DNA from: Hyphomicrobiales bacterium
GTDB lineage: Bacteria > Pseudomonadota > Alphaproteobacteria > Rhizobiales > JAKSCL01
Assembly: GCA_022360615.1 (NCBI GenBank)
Contig: JAKSCL010000295.1
Location: forward strand, 1-53,687
Length of the DNA: 53,687 bases
Reading direction: 5' to 3'
The notes under the pieces were generated by a model. That model was not told the origin of the DNA. It searched no databases and worked only from the letters and a program-made list of their open reading frames with translations. Below, piece by piece: positions 1-9,632 of this stretch. Both the position numbers and the translations under genes were made by a program. Positions within the stretch are counted from its first letter, which is position 1; each line of letters begins with the position of its first letter.

Positions 1-74
1 TAGGCCGCGCCCACGGCAAAGCCGGCAATTGCGGCGGCGATGACGCCCAGAATGTTCAATCCGGCGAAAGCCAT
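1..74 (-). CDS. partial CDS (N-terminus only) of a small hydrophobic membrane protein, DUF1761-like
   Basis: Minus-strand ATG at 72-74, 7 nt downstream of a G9 SD-like tract. Translates MAFAGLNILGVIAAAIAGFAVGAA and runs off the window start. The family call is from memory of DUF1761 N-termini. Confidence 0.35.
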   Translation of the reverse strand, partial: MAFAGLNILGVIAAAIAGFAVGAA

Positions 75-81
75 GATCTAT

Positions 82-90
82 CCCCCCCCC
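82..90. repeat. C9/G9 homopolymer tract in the SD position of the downstream minus-strand gene
   Basis: Direct read: t-ccccccccc-tttt at 81-94. On the minus strand this is AAAAGGGGGGGGGATAGATC-ATG. Confidence 0.9.
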
Positions 91-103
91 TTTTCTTCAG
101 CTT

Positions 104-526
104 TTAAGGGGTCTTCACCCCGCCGAGGTCGCAGATGATCCTCCACTCCTCTTCCGTCACCGGCTGAACGGAAAGGCGCGAGTTTTTCACGAGAACCATC
201 TCCTCCAGCCGGGGGTCGTTCTTGATCGTGTCGAGGGAAACGGGGTTCGGGACGTCGGCGACCGCCTTGATGTCGACGCACTCCCAGCGTTCGTCGTCGG
301 TCGTCGAGTCGGGATGGGCTTCGGCGCAGACCTCGACGATGCCGACCACTTCCTTGCCCTCATTCGAGTGGTAGAAGAAGCCTTGATCACCGATCTTCAT
401 CTCGCGCATGAAATTGCGCGCCTGATAATTCCTGACGCCGTCCCACTCCTCGCCGGTATCGCCCTTTTCCTTCTGCTGCTCCCACGACCATTTGAAGGGT
501 TCGGATTTGAACAGCCAATACGCCAT
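104..526 (-). CDS. EVE (PUA-like, thymocyte nuclear protein 1-like) domain protein
   Basis: 140-aa ORF starting MAYWLFKSEPFKWSWEQQ...GVRNYQARNFMREMKIGDQGFFYHS, which is the typical EVE/DUF55 signature. Confidence 0.85.
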   Translation of the reverse strand: MAYWLFKSEPFKWSWEQQKEKGDTGEEWDGVRNYQARNFMREMKIGDQGFFYHSNEGKEVVGIVEVCAEAHPDSTTDDERWECVDIKAVADVPNPVSLDTIKNDPRLEEMVLVKNSRLSVQPVTEEEWRIICDLGGVKTP

Positions 527-552
527 GTCGCGCTCCAGTTCCCGCCGGGTTC

Positions 553-843
553 TCAGGTGAGGTCGGGGTTGCCGATGTTCCAGCTAAATGGCCGGATTTC
601 AACCGTCTCGAACAGGCCGGCGCGGGCATAAGGGTCTTCCTCGGAGACGGCGAGCGCCTCGTCGCGGTTCGACGCCTCGATCACCACGAGGCTGCCCGTG
701 GGATTGCCTTCATCGTCAAGGAACGGCCCGGCGATTTTCAGGCGGTCGCCGAGGCTCTTCAGGAATTCCAAGTGCTCCGGCCGGTTCGCCATGCGGGTGT
801 CGAGCGCGTGGGCCTTGTCGGTGCAGATGAGGGCGTAGAGCAT
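553..843 (-). CDS. YciI family protein
   Basis: 96 aa. MLYALICTDK...RPEHLEFL...GPFLDDEGNPTGSLVVIEA...DPY matches the YciI-like fold pattern. Lies in the operon with the EVE gene. Confidence 0.85.
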   Translation of the reverse strand: MLYALICTDKAHALDTRMANRPEHLEFLKSLGDRLKIAGPFLDDEGNPTGSLVVIEASNRDEALAVSEEDPYARAGLFETVEIRPFSWNIGNPDLT

Positions 844-940
844 TGGGCGTGGTTCCTTGAAAACAGGTTTGGGAAAAGGAAGGATGGGTCGGGTGTGATG
901 AGCGCCGTTTACGGCGTTGTGCGGTGAATTTCCAGTCTAT

Positions 941-1933
941 TCAGTTCTCGCTGCGCAGCGGCCGGGATAAGAGCCTGGTGATCGCGTCCCTGGCGCTGAG
1001 GTCACCGGCAAGCACATGCATCACCGTTTCCATGATCGGTATGTCAATGGCCTTTTTCTTCGCCATCTTCACGACAATCGGCGCGGTGGCCGCGCCTTCC
1101 GTCACGCCGCGGCTGGCCTCAAGCGCCTCGTCGACGGTTTTTCCCGAACCGATAGCCAAGCCGAGCGACATGTTGCGCGACTGCCGGCTCGAACAGGTGA
1201 GCACCAGATCGCCGAGCCCTGAAAGCCCGGTTAGCGTATCGGTCCGGGCATCATGAGCGTCGGCAAAGCGGCGCAATTCGGCGAACCCTCGGGCGATCAA
1301 GGCGGCGCGGGCGCTTGCGCCGAGCCCCAGGCCATCGGAGATTCCGCAGGCAATGGCGAACACGTTTTTGAGCGCGCCGCCGATTTCGACGCCGGTCAAA
1401 TCATCGGTTGTGTAGAGCCGGAAATGATGGCGGGCGAGAACGGGGTGCCATTGTTGGAGCACCTCCGTGTCTTCCCCGGCGAAGGTGACGGCAGTCGGCA
1501 ATCCCCGGGCAAGGTCGGCGGCAAAGCTTGGACCGGACAGCGCCATAACGGTATGGCCGGGCCATGCATCTGAGACGATCTCACTCGGAAAACGGCCGGT
1601 CGATTGCTCAATGCCTTTCGCGCACAGAACAAGTGGAATACCCGCCGGCACATGCGGCTTGGCTTTTTGAGCAAAAGCGCCGAGGAACTGCGCCGGCAAG
1701 GCAAGGACGGCGATGTCGGCCTCCGCAAAACCCTCTTTGAGTATGGTCGTCGCCCTGAGATGTTCCGAAAGCGCATGACCAGGCAGACGGCGCGGGTTCT
1801 CGCGGGTTTCGTTTATGGCGGTTACGGTTTCCGCATCGCGTGCCCAAAGGATTGCCCCGCCCGGCGTATCGGCCCAGAGATTGGCGAGCGCCGTGCCCCA
1901 GGCGCCCCCGCCAAAGACGGCTATTTTCATCAT
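941..1933 (-). CDS. gpsA: NAD(P)H-dependent glycerol-3-phosphate dehydrogenase
   Basis: MMKIAVFGGGAWGTALA Rossmann N-terminus and GLGDLVLTCSS...SRN motif. Start moved from 2053 to the ATGATG at 1933, since the longest ORF would overlap the tsaD 3' end. Confidence 0.93.
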   Translation of the reverse strand: MMKIAVFGGGAWGTALANLWADTPGGAILWARDAETVTAINETRENPRRLPGHALSEHLRATTILKEGFAEADIAVLALPAQFLGAFAQKAKPHVPAGIPLVLCAKGIEQSTGRFPSEIVSDAWPGHTVMALSGPSFAADLARGLPTAVTFAGEDTEVLQQWHPVLARHHFRLYTTDDLTGVEIGGALKNVFAIACGISDGLGLGASARAALIARGFAELRRFADAHDARTDTLTGLSGLGDLVLTCSSRQSRNMSLGLAIGSGKTVDEALEASRGVTEGAATAPIVVKMAKKKAIDIPIMETVMHVLAGDLSARDAITRLLSRPLRSEN

Positions 1934-1958
1934 GTCCAGCTCTCTTTTTTGAACGCTT

Positions 1959-3038
1959 TCACGCCTTTGCTCCGGCTTTGCCGGACCCAAGAACGGGTTC
2001 CGCCCTGTCGTCAAGCGGCCAGCGCGGGCGGGCGGGCGCATCCGGGTCGCCAATGTCTCCGCGCCGGAAACGTTCGATCCCGGCCCAGGCGATCATCGCG
2101 GCATTGTCGGAGCAGAGCGCCTGCGGCGGCAGAACCAGCATGAGCCCCGTGCCCTTGGCCAAATCCTCAAGGCTTTCCCGTATGGCCATATTCGCGGCGA
2201 CGCCGCCCGCCGCGACAATGGCGGTTGGTCTCACATGTTCCTCTTCAAGGAGAGCGAGGGCGCGCCGCATGCGGCTTTCGACGACATCGGTAACGGCTGC
2301 CTGGAAACCGGCGCAGATATCGGCGACATCTTGCTCTGAGAGTGGTTCGCAGCTTTCCGCAGCGTTGCGGGCCGCGGTCTTGAGACCCGCCAGCGAGAAG
2401 TCGGGGCGCTCACGCTTAAGAAGCGGGCGCGGCAGATCGAAACGCTTCGGATCACCTCTCATCGCGGCTCGCTCGACCGCCGGGCCGCCGGGAAAGCCGA
2501 GCCCCAGGAGTTTTGCGACCTTGTCGAAGGCTTCACCGAGCGCGTCGTCAATGGTCGTGCCGAGACGCCGGTAGCGGCCAACGTCTTCGACAAGGAGGAT
2601 TTGCGTGTGACCGCCCGAGACAAGCAAAAGCACATAGGGGAAAACCGTCCCGGAAACGAGGCGGGCTGTTAGCGCGTGGCCCTCCAAATGGTTGATCGCG
2701 ATCAGCGGTTTTCGAATGGCGCAGGCAAGCGCCTTCCCGGTGACAAGGCCGACGATCAATCCGCCAATCAGGCCCGGCCCGGCGGTTGCGGCCACGGCAT
2801 CGAGGTCATCGTAAGCGACGCCCGCTTCTTTCATCGCGTCCGCGATGATCGTGTCGAGGACGTCCACATGGGCGCGCGCGGCGATTTCCGGTACGACTCC
2901 AGCGAACGGTGCGTGCGCCTCCCACTGCGAACGGACGATGTTCGACAGAATCTCCGGTTTGCTATTGCCGTTTGCGCGCACCACGGCTGCCGCCGTCTCG
3001 TCGCAGCTTGTTTCAATGCCGAGGACGGTGATTGTCAT
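1959..3038 (-). CDS. tsaD: tRNA N6-adenosine threonylcarbamoyltransferase
   Basis: [19 protein letters not shown]..., HLEGH and SGGHT motifs. Start taken at the ATG at 3038. Confidence 0.95.
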   Translation of the reverse strand: MTITVLGIETSCDETAAAVVRANGNSKPEILSNIVRSQWEAHAPFAGVVPEIAARAHVDVLDTIIADAMKEAGVAYDDLDAVAATAGPGLIGGLIVGLVTGKALACAIRKPLIAINHLEGHALTARLVSGTVFPYVLLLVSGGHTQILLVEDVGRYRRLGTTIDDALGEAFDKVAKLLGLGFPGGPAVERAAMRGDPKRFDLPRPLLKRERPDFSLAGLKTAARNAAESCEPLSEQDVADICAGFQAAVTDVVESRMRRALALLEEEHVRPTAIVAAGGVAANMAIRESLEDLAKGTGLMLVLPPQALCSDNAAMIAWAGIERFRRGDIGDPDAPARPRWPLDDRAEPVLGSGKAGAKA

Positions 3039-3122
3039 GGAGTGGGGAATGGCCCAGTTCCGCTGATTTTGCAAACCGGCCCAGGCGGTGTAGTGACGAT
3101 GCAGTTGTTCTCATCGGATTAA

Positions 3123-4070
3123 GTGGACCGGTCTTTGGCAGCACATCCCATCCGTATCGGTACGCGCGGCAGCCCGCTGGCGCTCTGGCAGGCCGAGACC
3201 GTCAAAGACCTTCTCCACGAGAAGGCCGGTCTTCCAGTAGACGCCGTGGAGATCGTTCAAGTCACCACTTCCGGCGACAAGATACTCGACCGCCGTTTGG
3301 CTGATTTCGGCGGGAAGGGGCTGTTCACGAAAGAACTGGACAATGCGCTTGCCGACGGCTCCATCGATTGCGCCGTCCATTCCCTGACAGACGTCCCGAC
3401 TTTCCTTCCCGATGCGTTCGTGCTTGCCGCCTATCTGACCCGGGAAGATCCGCGCGATGCGCTCGTCGCACCCGGTGCGAAAACGCTCACCGATTTGCCT
3501 GAAGGGGCACGGGTGGGCACAGCCTCGTTGCGCCGTGAAGCCATGCTGCGCGCGGCCCGCCCCGATCTCGATGTCTCGCTTATCAGGGGCAATGTGGGAA
3601 CGCGTTTGAAAAAGCTGGCCGATGGCGCATTTGACGCAACGCTTCTTGCCTATGCCGGTCTGAAGCGCCTCGGTTTGCAGGACGAAGCGACAGGCATTCT
3701 AGACCCGGAGACGTTCATCCCGGCAGTCGGCCAGGGGATTGTCGCGGTTCAGATCCGCTCGAGCGACCATACATTGGCGGAGCAGCTTCGTTCCCTCAAC
3801 GACCGGCACGCGGAAACCGCCGCGCGCACCGAGCGCGCCTTCCTTGCCAAGCTCGACGGCTCCTGCCGCAGCCCGATTGCCGGGCATGCGCGTTTGGCCG
3901 ACGGGACGATTTCGTTTTCCGGCATGCTGATGACGCAGGACGGCGTCCATCACCTGCGAATCGATGATAAAGGCGGCATTGGTGACGGCGAGGCGCTGGG
4001 CGTGCGGGTGGCGCAATCCATTCTCAATAAGGCGCCGCCGGAACTGCTCGCGGTCCTCGAAGAGGAGTGA
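3123..4070 (+). CDS. hemC: hydroxymethylbilane synthase (porphobilinogen deaminase)
   Basis: IRIGTRGSPLALWQAE N-terminus and C-terminal ...GSCRSPIAG cofactor-Cys region. GTG start at 3123 as in the ORF track. Confidence 0.92.
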   Translation: MDRSLAAHPIRIGTRGSPLALWQAETVKDLLHEKAGLPVDAVEIVQVTTSGDKILDRRLADFGGKGLFTKELDNALADGSIDCAVHSLTDVPTFLPDAFVLAAYLTREDPRDALVAPGAKTLTDLPEGARVGTASLRREAMLRAARPDLDVSLIRGNVGTRLKKLADGAFDATLLAYAGLKRLGLQDEATGILDPETFIPAVGQGIVAVQIRSSDHTLAEQLRSLNDRHAETAARTERAFLAKLDGSCRSPIAGHARLADGTISFSGMLMTQDGVHHLRIDDKGGIGDGEALGVRVAQSILNKAPPELLAVLEEE

Positions 4071-4079
4071 GTGCCTGCG

Positions 4080-4820
4080 ATGCGTATTCTGGTCACGCGT
4101 CCCTCGCCCGATGGCGAACGCACGGCCGAAGCGCTGACCGCTATGGGCCATGAAGCGCTCCTTGCGCCCATGCTTGAGATCCGTTTCGAAACGGACGTCC
4201 TCATCGATCTGACCGGAGCGACGGCGCTCGCATTCACCAGCCGGAACGGTGTGCGGGCCGCCCATGCCCACGCCGCATTTGATGCGCTTTCAAAGCTCAA
4301 AACCTATTGCGTCGGCGAGGCCACAGCGGAGGAAGCAAAAGCTTCAGGGTTCCAATCCGTTGTCTGCGCAGACGGCGATGTGGCGGCGCTTGCCCGGTCC
4401 ATTGTCGCGGCTGGGGAGACGGGACCCATCCTCCATCTGCGCGGGCGTCATGCGGCGGGTGACCTTTCTGGCGATTTGGAACGGGAGGGCATCGAAAGCT
4501 GCGCCGCGATACTTTACCGAAGTGAGCCGGTCCCGGCCCTACCCCGCATCGCCGAGACCGGTCTTTCAACGGGCCAAATCGATGCGATTCTTTTTTATTC
4601 TCCGCGTACAGCGAAGACTTTTGTTAATATCCTTAAGGACGATGCCCTGATTTCTGCGAGAACAACGCCTTGTTTGTGTCTGTCGGACACGATAGCAAAA
4701 CCCTTACGCGCGGCAGGCTTCGAGCGTGTTAAGGTCTCGGTAACCCCCGATGCGGCATCGCTGATGGCGCTGGTGGCCGATGAATCAGCGTCTCAGCAGC
4801 GTCACACGCCGACGACATAA
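4080..4820 (+). CDS. hemD: uroporphyrinogen-III synthase
   Basis: MRILVTRP... N-terminus, about 245 aa, immediately after hemC. The ATG at 4080 is preferred over the GTG at 4071. Confidence 0.8.
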   Translation: MRILVTRPSPDGERTAEALTAMGHEALLAPMLEIRFETDVLIDLTGATALAFTSRNGVRAAHAHAAFDALSKLKTYCVGEATAEEAKASGFQSVVCADGDVAALARSIVAAGETGPILHLRGRHAAGDLSGDLEREGIESCAAILYRSEPVPALPRIAETGLSTGQIDAILFYSPRTAKTFVNILKDDALISARTTPCLCLSDTIAKPLRAAGFERVKVSVTPDAASLMALVADESASQQRHTPTT

Positions 4821-4865
4821 CCAATGCAATGACGGGATGCTTGGCGTTCCCGGGAGGATTGAGAT

Positions 4866-6566
4866 ATGGCGGCCAGCCGCGGCGGCGATAAGACCGGAAA
4901 AACCGGGGACAAGCCAAGAACCGAAAAGCCGGAACAAAAGACGCCATCCACCCGGAAACGGGCAGCGCCCACGCCCACCATCGATTTGAAAGCGCAAGAG
5001 GTGGCGGAGGAGACCAAGAGCGTGCCCGCTAAAGACGCAAAGCCAGCCGAAACAAAGCCGTCCGGCACAAAGTCCATCGGGGCAAAGCCAGCCGCGGCCA
5101 AAGCCGAAACCGCGAAAAGCGAGCCGGTGACGCCGGAGAAAGGGCCTGAGACTGAGACAACAGAAGCGCCCAAACCAAACCCGGAAACCAAACCCGAGAC
5201 CAAGGCTGAAAAGCCCAGACCTGCCGCGGCGCCTTCGAAACCGTCACCAGCAGCCATTGCCCAGAAAGAAGCCCCGCGCAGCCGCCCGGGGCTCACGGGT
5301 CTTGCAGCCGTATTAGGCGGTGCGATTGGCGGCGGCATTGTCTATGCGCTTCTCACCACCGGTATTGTTCCCAGTCCACGCGATGCTGGAATGGAAGGCC
5401 AAATTGCTTCGCTGGAATCGCGCATCAGCGGTCTGCAAGGCGAAATCCCGGATGTGAGCGGTTTGGCGACCGAACAGGGCCTTGGCAATGTGGAGAGCCG
5501 CATCGACACGCTTGAGACGCAGCTTGCCGGCTCAGGCCGAGCCGGAGACGTCTCAATGGAAATCGCCGATCTCACCGCGCGGCTCGATGCGCTGGTGAAC
5601 GCCATGCCTGACGAACCAGGTGCAGCGATTACGGAACTCGATACGCGTTTGAGCAACATTTCAGACGCGCTTCAGACCGAGCGGGAACGTTTCGCCGAAA
5701 TTGCCGCGACGCTCGATACGATGGCGGAGCGGAGCGGGGCAGCCGATGCATCGGCTTTCAGCGGACGGCTTGCCGCACTCGATGCTCAGTCGGCGCGGCT
5801 CGACGCGATCGAGGCCACGATTCAGCGGCTCGCGGTCGATTTGCCTGCCACCGTCGAGACGGTTCGCCTTGAAACCGATGCCATTCGCGGGCTGATTGCC
5901 GACGTCAATGCCTCGTTGGAAGACATTGGAGACAGACAGGTCACCCTTGGCGAGCGCGTTACAACCTTTGAGGCGGGCGTGGCTGATACGGCAACCGCCA
6001 TAGCAGCCCTTCAAGCCGAAGCTGCAACCGATATCCGTGAAAGCCAGGCGGCCCTGGCTGCTGCCTTTGCAAGTCTACAGCGTGCAGCGGATGCAGGCGG
6101 TCCTTTCCGTGAAGAGCTTCTGGCGCTTCAAGATCTTGGCGGTTCTGCCATCGATCTTTCAGCGCTGACGCCCCTTGCCGGTAGCGGCGCACCTTCAGCC
6201 CTGCGTCTGCAATCCCAGTTCCAGACCATTATCTCCGCTATCTTGGATGCAAGCCCGCGCCCTGAGGGTGCGGGTGAAGGTGTTCTTGCGCGTTTGGCTG
6301 CGAACGCCCAAAGCATCGTCCGCGTGCGTCCGACAGGCTATGTGTCCGGCGATACGCCAGACGCTATCGTTGCGCGTATCGAAGTCCTCCTTGCCGATGG
6401 CAGGTTCGAGGAAGCCCGTTCTGAATGGGAAAAGCTAGGCGGCGATGCGAAATCCGCCTCCACCGATTGGGCGGAGGGCTTGCGCCAGCGTATTGCCATT
6501 GACGCCGCTGTCGCGGATCTGACGAAGGCTGTCGCATCGGCGCCCGAAGGCATGAATAGCCAATGA
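4866..6566 (+). CDS. alphaproteobacterial Mic60/mitofilin-family protein (COG4223-type)
   Basis: 566 aa. K/P/E/A/T-rich N-terminus, one TM (GLAAVLGGAIGGGIVYALL), a long coiled-coil-like A/E/L/R-rich middle, and a C-terminal ...LLADGRFEEARSEWEKLGGDAKSASTDWAEGLRQRIAIDAAV block. Sits between hemD and the hemY-like gene. SD GGGAGGA lies upstream. Confidence 0.7.
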   Translation: MAASRGGDKTGKTGDKPRTEKPEQKTPSTRKRAAPTPTIDLKAQEVAEETKSVPAKDAKPAETKPSGTKSIGAKPAAAKAETAKSEPVTPEKGPETETTEAPKPNPETKPETKAEKPRPAAAPSKPSPAAIAQKEAPRSRPGLTGLAAVLGGAIGGGIVYALLTTGIVPSPRDAGMEGQIASLESRISGLQGEIPDVSGLATEQGLGNVESRIDTLETQLAGSGRAGDVSMEIADLTARLDALVNAMPDEPGAAITELDTRLSNISDALQTERERFAEIAATLDTMAERSGAADASAFSGRLAALDAQSARLDAIEATIQRLAVDLPATVETVRLETDAIRGLIADVNASLEDIGDRQVTLGERVTTFEAGVADTATAIAALQAEAATDIRESQAALAAAFASLQRAADAGGPFREELLALQDLGGSAIDLSALTPLAGSGAPSALRLQSQFQTIISAILDASPRPEGAGEGVLARLAANAQSIVRVRPTGYVSGDTPDAIVARIEVLLADGRFEEARSEWEKLGGDAKSASTDWAEGLRQRIAIDAAVADLTKAVASAPEGMNSQ

Positions 6567-6654
6567 TCGGGCAAGTGTCCTATCCTATGGTTTCTGAACG
6601 CCGGGGGGTGTGTGGCATGGTCCACAACGACGAGGTGGCGGGAGACTTGGCCTG

Positions 6655-8586
6655 ATGGTGCGCGTTTTCTTTTTCTTCATTGCCGTTATCGCGATTGCCG
6701 CTGGCGGCGCGTGGCTGGCCGACCGGCCCGGTGCGTTGACTCTCACTTGGCAGGGCTATGTTGCCGAGACGAGCCTCCTGGCCGGCGGCATCGGGCTGAT
6801 CGCCTTTTCCTTCCTCATCATCCTTGTCTGGATGCTGTTCCGTGTCATCACGCGCATGCCCGATATTCTGGCGCGCATCATGCGCGAGCGGCGGCGCGAC
6901 AAAGGTTATCGCGCGCTCTCCCAAGGCATGATCGCGATTGGCTCGGGCGACGCAAAGCTCGCGGCACGGCTTGCCAATGACGCGGAAAAGATGCTTGCGG
7001 GAGAACCGTTGACCGGGCTCTTGAAAGCGCAGGCTGCGCAACTTTCGGGCGACCGGACCGCAGCGCTCGCCGAGTTCAAGGGCATGCTGGAAAGACCGCA
7101 AACGCGGCTTCTCGGTCTCCGGGGGCTTTTCACCGAAGCCAAGCGCGCCAAGGACATGACCGCCGCCCGCCATTGTGCTGAAGAAGCGATGAAGCTTGCA
7201 CCCAAAGTGCCGTGGGCGGCGGCCGCCCTGTTTGAAATCCAATGCGCGAGCCGCGATTGGGACGGGGCGCTGCAAACCCTTTCCGTTTTAGGCGAAAACA
7301 GGCATGTAGACCGGGCCGACGCCCGCAGGCGCCGCGCCGTCCTTCTCACGGCGATGGCGCAGGAGAAGCAGGACGTCGAGCCCGAAAAGGCGCTTGCCCT
7401 TTCAGCCGAAGCGCATGCGCTTGATGCGGGGCTTGTGTCCGCCGCCGTCCTCGCCGGGCGGCTCGCATCGCGCGCGGGAAACTACCAAAAGGCATCGAGA
7501 ATTCTCGAGAAGACTTGGCGCAAGAGCCCGCATCCGGAAGTGACCACCGCTTACGGCTTCCTTCGTTCGGGCGATTCAACCCGCGACCGTTTCAAGCGAA
7601 TCAAGACGCTCTCCCAGAAACTGCCGCACAACCGCGAAAGCCGGATGGCGCTTGCTGGAGCCGCCATCGATGCCCAGGAATGGGAAACGGCGCGTGAGAC
7701 CCTTGGCGCGCTTGTGAAAACGGGCGCGAGCCAGCGGGTCTGCGAATTGATGGCTGAATATTTCGAAGCGCAAGGCGACCGGGGGCGGGCGCGCGAATGG
7801 CTGGCGCGTGCCGTCCATGCGCCCCGCGATCCCGTTTGGATTGCAGACAATGTGATCTCACCCAAATGGGCTCCGATTTCGCCGGTTACGGGCCGTCTCG
7901 ACGCCTTTGAGTGGAAGGTGCCGGTGGAATCGCTCGGCGCGCCGGAGCCGACTGTCGAGATCGCCGATTTCACGGTGGCTGAGCCTGAGCCGGAACCTCA
8001 GCCCGTGCCGGAAGAGGCAAAAGACATCACCGTTGCGGTCAAGGTGACGGCGCCTCAGCCTGAAACGATTGAGGTCGGGACGGAAAAGCCTGAAGCGGTT
8101 GAGGATGAGGACGTGAAGGTCGTCGAGGAGGCGGCTGTTGTGGGGGAAGAGCGCCCCGCCACCGAGGCGCAGCCGGCTGCGGATGCTGAAATCGTCGAGG
8201 AGCCGAAGGCCGAAACTGCCGAAAGGGCGCCTGACGCGGCGGAGCCGGTTGCCGCCGAGGAGAGTATTGAGAAAGCGCCTGAAAAGGTTTCAGCCAAATC
8301 TGTGAGTGCCAAGCCGGCAGAAACCGTCAAATCTGTTCCACCCATGGCTGAGAATGTGGAACCCGCGCCCGCCGCTGCGGGCGATGTACCTCCGGCAAAA
8401 GCCGCCGAATCGTCTTCCGATCCCCATACCCGTGTTTTCAAGAAGGAACCGATTCCGGCTATGGTCGGTGAAGAGGGCGGGGAAGCAACGCTGAAGAAGC
8501 GTCCCGACGATCCAGGGCCCGCAGGCAATGGCGAAGACAAGAACGGCGCGGCCCCACGGGGGCTCGGTCTCTTTTCAACGCGCTGA
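6655..8586 (+). CDS. HemY N-terminal-domain / TPR membrane protein with a long acidic Pro/Glu/Ala-rich C-terminal tail
   Basis: MVRVFFFFIAVIAIAAGGAWLADRPG plus a second TM, then TPR-like repeats. A low-complexity tail starts at about 7945. ATG at 6655 chosen. Confidence 0.8.
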   Translation: MVRVFFFFIAVIAIAAGGAWLADRPGALTLTWQGYVAETSLLAGGIGLIAFSFLIILVWMLFRVITRMPDILARIMRERRRDKGYRALSQGMIAIGSGDAKLAARLANDAEKMLAGEPLTGLLKAQAAQLSGDRTAALAEFKGMLERPQTRLLGLRGLFTEAKRAKDMTAARHCAEEAMKLAPKVPWAAAALFEIQCASRDWDGALQTLSVLGENRHVDRADARRRRAVLLTAMAQEKQDVEPEKALALSAEAHALDAGLVSAAVLAGRLASRAGNYQKASRILEKTWRKSPHPEVTTAYGFLRSGDSTRDRFKRIKTLSQKLPHNRESRMALAGAAIDAQEWETARETLGALVKTGASQRVCELMAEYFEAQGDRGRAREWLARAVHAPRDPVWIADNVISPKWAPISPVTGRLDAFEWKVPVESLGAPEPTVEIADFTVAEPEPEPQPVPEEAKDITVAVKVTAPQPETIEVGTEKPEAVEDEDVKVVEEAAVVGEERPATEAQPAADAEIVEEPKAETAERAPDAAEPVAAEESIEKAPEKVSAKSVSAKPAETVKSVPPMAENVEPAPAAAGDVPPAKAAESSSDPHTRVFKKEPIPAMVGEEGGEATLKKRPDDPGPAGNGEDKNGAAPRGLGLFSTR

Positions 8587-8676
8587 GCTGGTGCTTGAGG
8601 GCATTTAGCCCCAGGATCGCTTAACAGCGAACACATCTTGAGACCTGGGCCCGAATGGGGCATATCAGGAGACCAA

Positions 8677-8752
8677 AGCCGCTTTAGCTCAGTTGGTAGA
8701 GCACATCATTCGTAATGATGGGGTCGCGTGTTCGAGTCACGCAAGCGGCACC
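8677..8752 (+). tRNA. tRNA-Thr (anticodon CGU)
   Basis: Hand-folded cloverleaf: acceptor GCCGCTT/AAGCGGC, D stem GCTC/GAGC, anticodon stem CATCA/TGATG with loop TTCGTAA, T arm GCGTG-TTCGAGT-CACGC, encoded CCA. Confidence 0.92.
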
Positions 8753-8819
8753 ATTTCCTTGGTGTTTGTGCAATTCATTTCTTCATGCCTCCAGTCGGGA
8801 GGCTGACGCCTTGCCATGC

Positions 8820-9584
8820 TTAAAACAACGCCTTTCTCAAAAGGTTCAGCCCGCTCAGTACCATCACGATGAGGATGGCCTTTTGGAAGGCGTCTCCATT
8901 GACCCTGCCGCGCAGAAGGCGGCCGATCTCAAGGCCGGTATGCGTCAGTCCAATGGCTATGAGCGCTGGTACGAGCATGGCTGACGTCATCACGCCTTTT
9001 TGGATGAGGAGAAGAATGAGGATCGAGACGCAGATCAGATAAAGAAAAGAGATGTGGCGGACGAAGATGTCCTTGTCCAACCGTTGCGCGGCTAAAAACG
9101 TGATGAGGGGCGGTGCGAATAGCGACGTGACCCCGCCCAACATACCGGCTGTGAGACCGGTTAACGCTTCAACGGGTACGCGAAGCCGTCTCGTAATTGT
9201 GAGCTTCGGTGTGCGCCATAGGATGAGCGCCATGGCAATCAGCGATGTACCCACGATGATGTTCAGCGTTGCCGTATCGGCTCCGACCAGAATCTGGAGA
9301 CCGATGAACAAACCGGCGAAAACCATAGCCAAAAGCAGCCAATAGCGCGCGGCAAGCTCGCGGACACCGCCGTCCAGGATCGATTGCCAGAGATTCGTCG
9401 TCAGCATCGGGCCGACAAGGAGGAGAATGGCGGATTGGATATCAACCGCCAGAAGCAGAAAGGGCAGCGCGACCAAAGGCAGGCCGATACCGAGCATGCC
9501 CTTCACCAGCCCGCCCAAAAAGGGTCCGAGAAAGGCGATGAACAGGGTTATGAGCGGCAGCGATTGAAGCGTTTCAAGCGACAT
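8820..9584 (-). CDS. TauE/SafE (TSUP) family anion exporter membrane protein
   Basis: 254 aa, polytopic. GxxKGxxGxGxP-like motif GGLVKGMLGIGLPLV near the N-terminus and a repeat (GMLGGVTSLFAPP) in the second half. Confidence 0.85.
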   Translation of the reverse strand: MSLETLQSLPLITLFIAFLGPFLGGLVKGMLGIGLPLVALPFLLLAVDIQSAILLLVGPMLTTNLWQSILDGGVRELAARYWLLLAMVFAGLFIGLQILVGADTATLNIIVGTSLIAMALILWRTPKLTITRRLRVPVEALTGLTAGMLGGVTSLFAPPLITFLAAQRLDKDIFVRHISFLYLICVSILILLLIQKGVMTSAMLVPALIAIGLTHTGLEIGRLLRGRVNGDAFQKAILIVMVLSGLNLLRKALF

Positions 9585-9632
9585 GGAGGCGGCGTGCGGG
9601 GCGGCATGGAGAGTGGAGCGGGCGGCAGGGCT

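Noticed and set aside
1934-2053. Long N-terminal extension of gpsA. Similar extensions exist for tsaD to 3074, panC to 27157, thpR to 44465, phhB to 43891, rpoH from 50797, ybbP from 47101 and tesA to 46428.
   Set aside because: The extensions are Arg/Pro-rich, overlap neighbouring genes or operators, and precede canonical family N-termini that have their own SD or stop-start coupling.
8055-8663. 202-aa antisense ORF over the HemY tail (and 4802..5338 over the Mic60 N-terminus).
   Set aside because: It is the complement of low-complexity GAG/GCC/CCG-rich coding sequence. The Ser/Ala/Gly/Pro-rich translation is a composition artefact.
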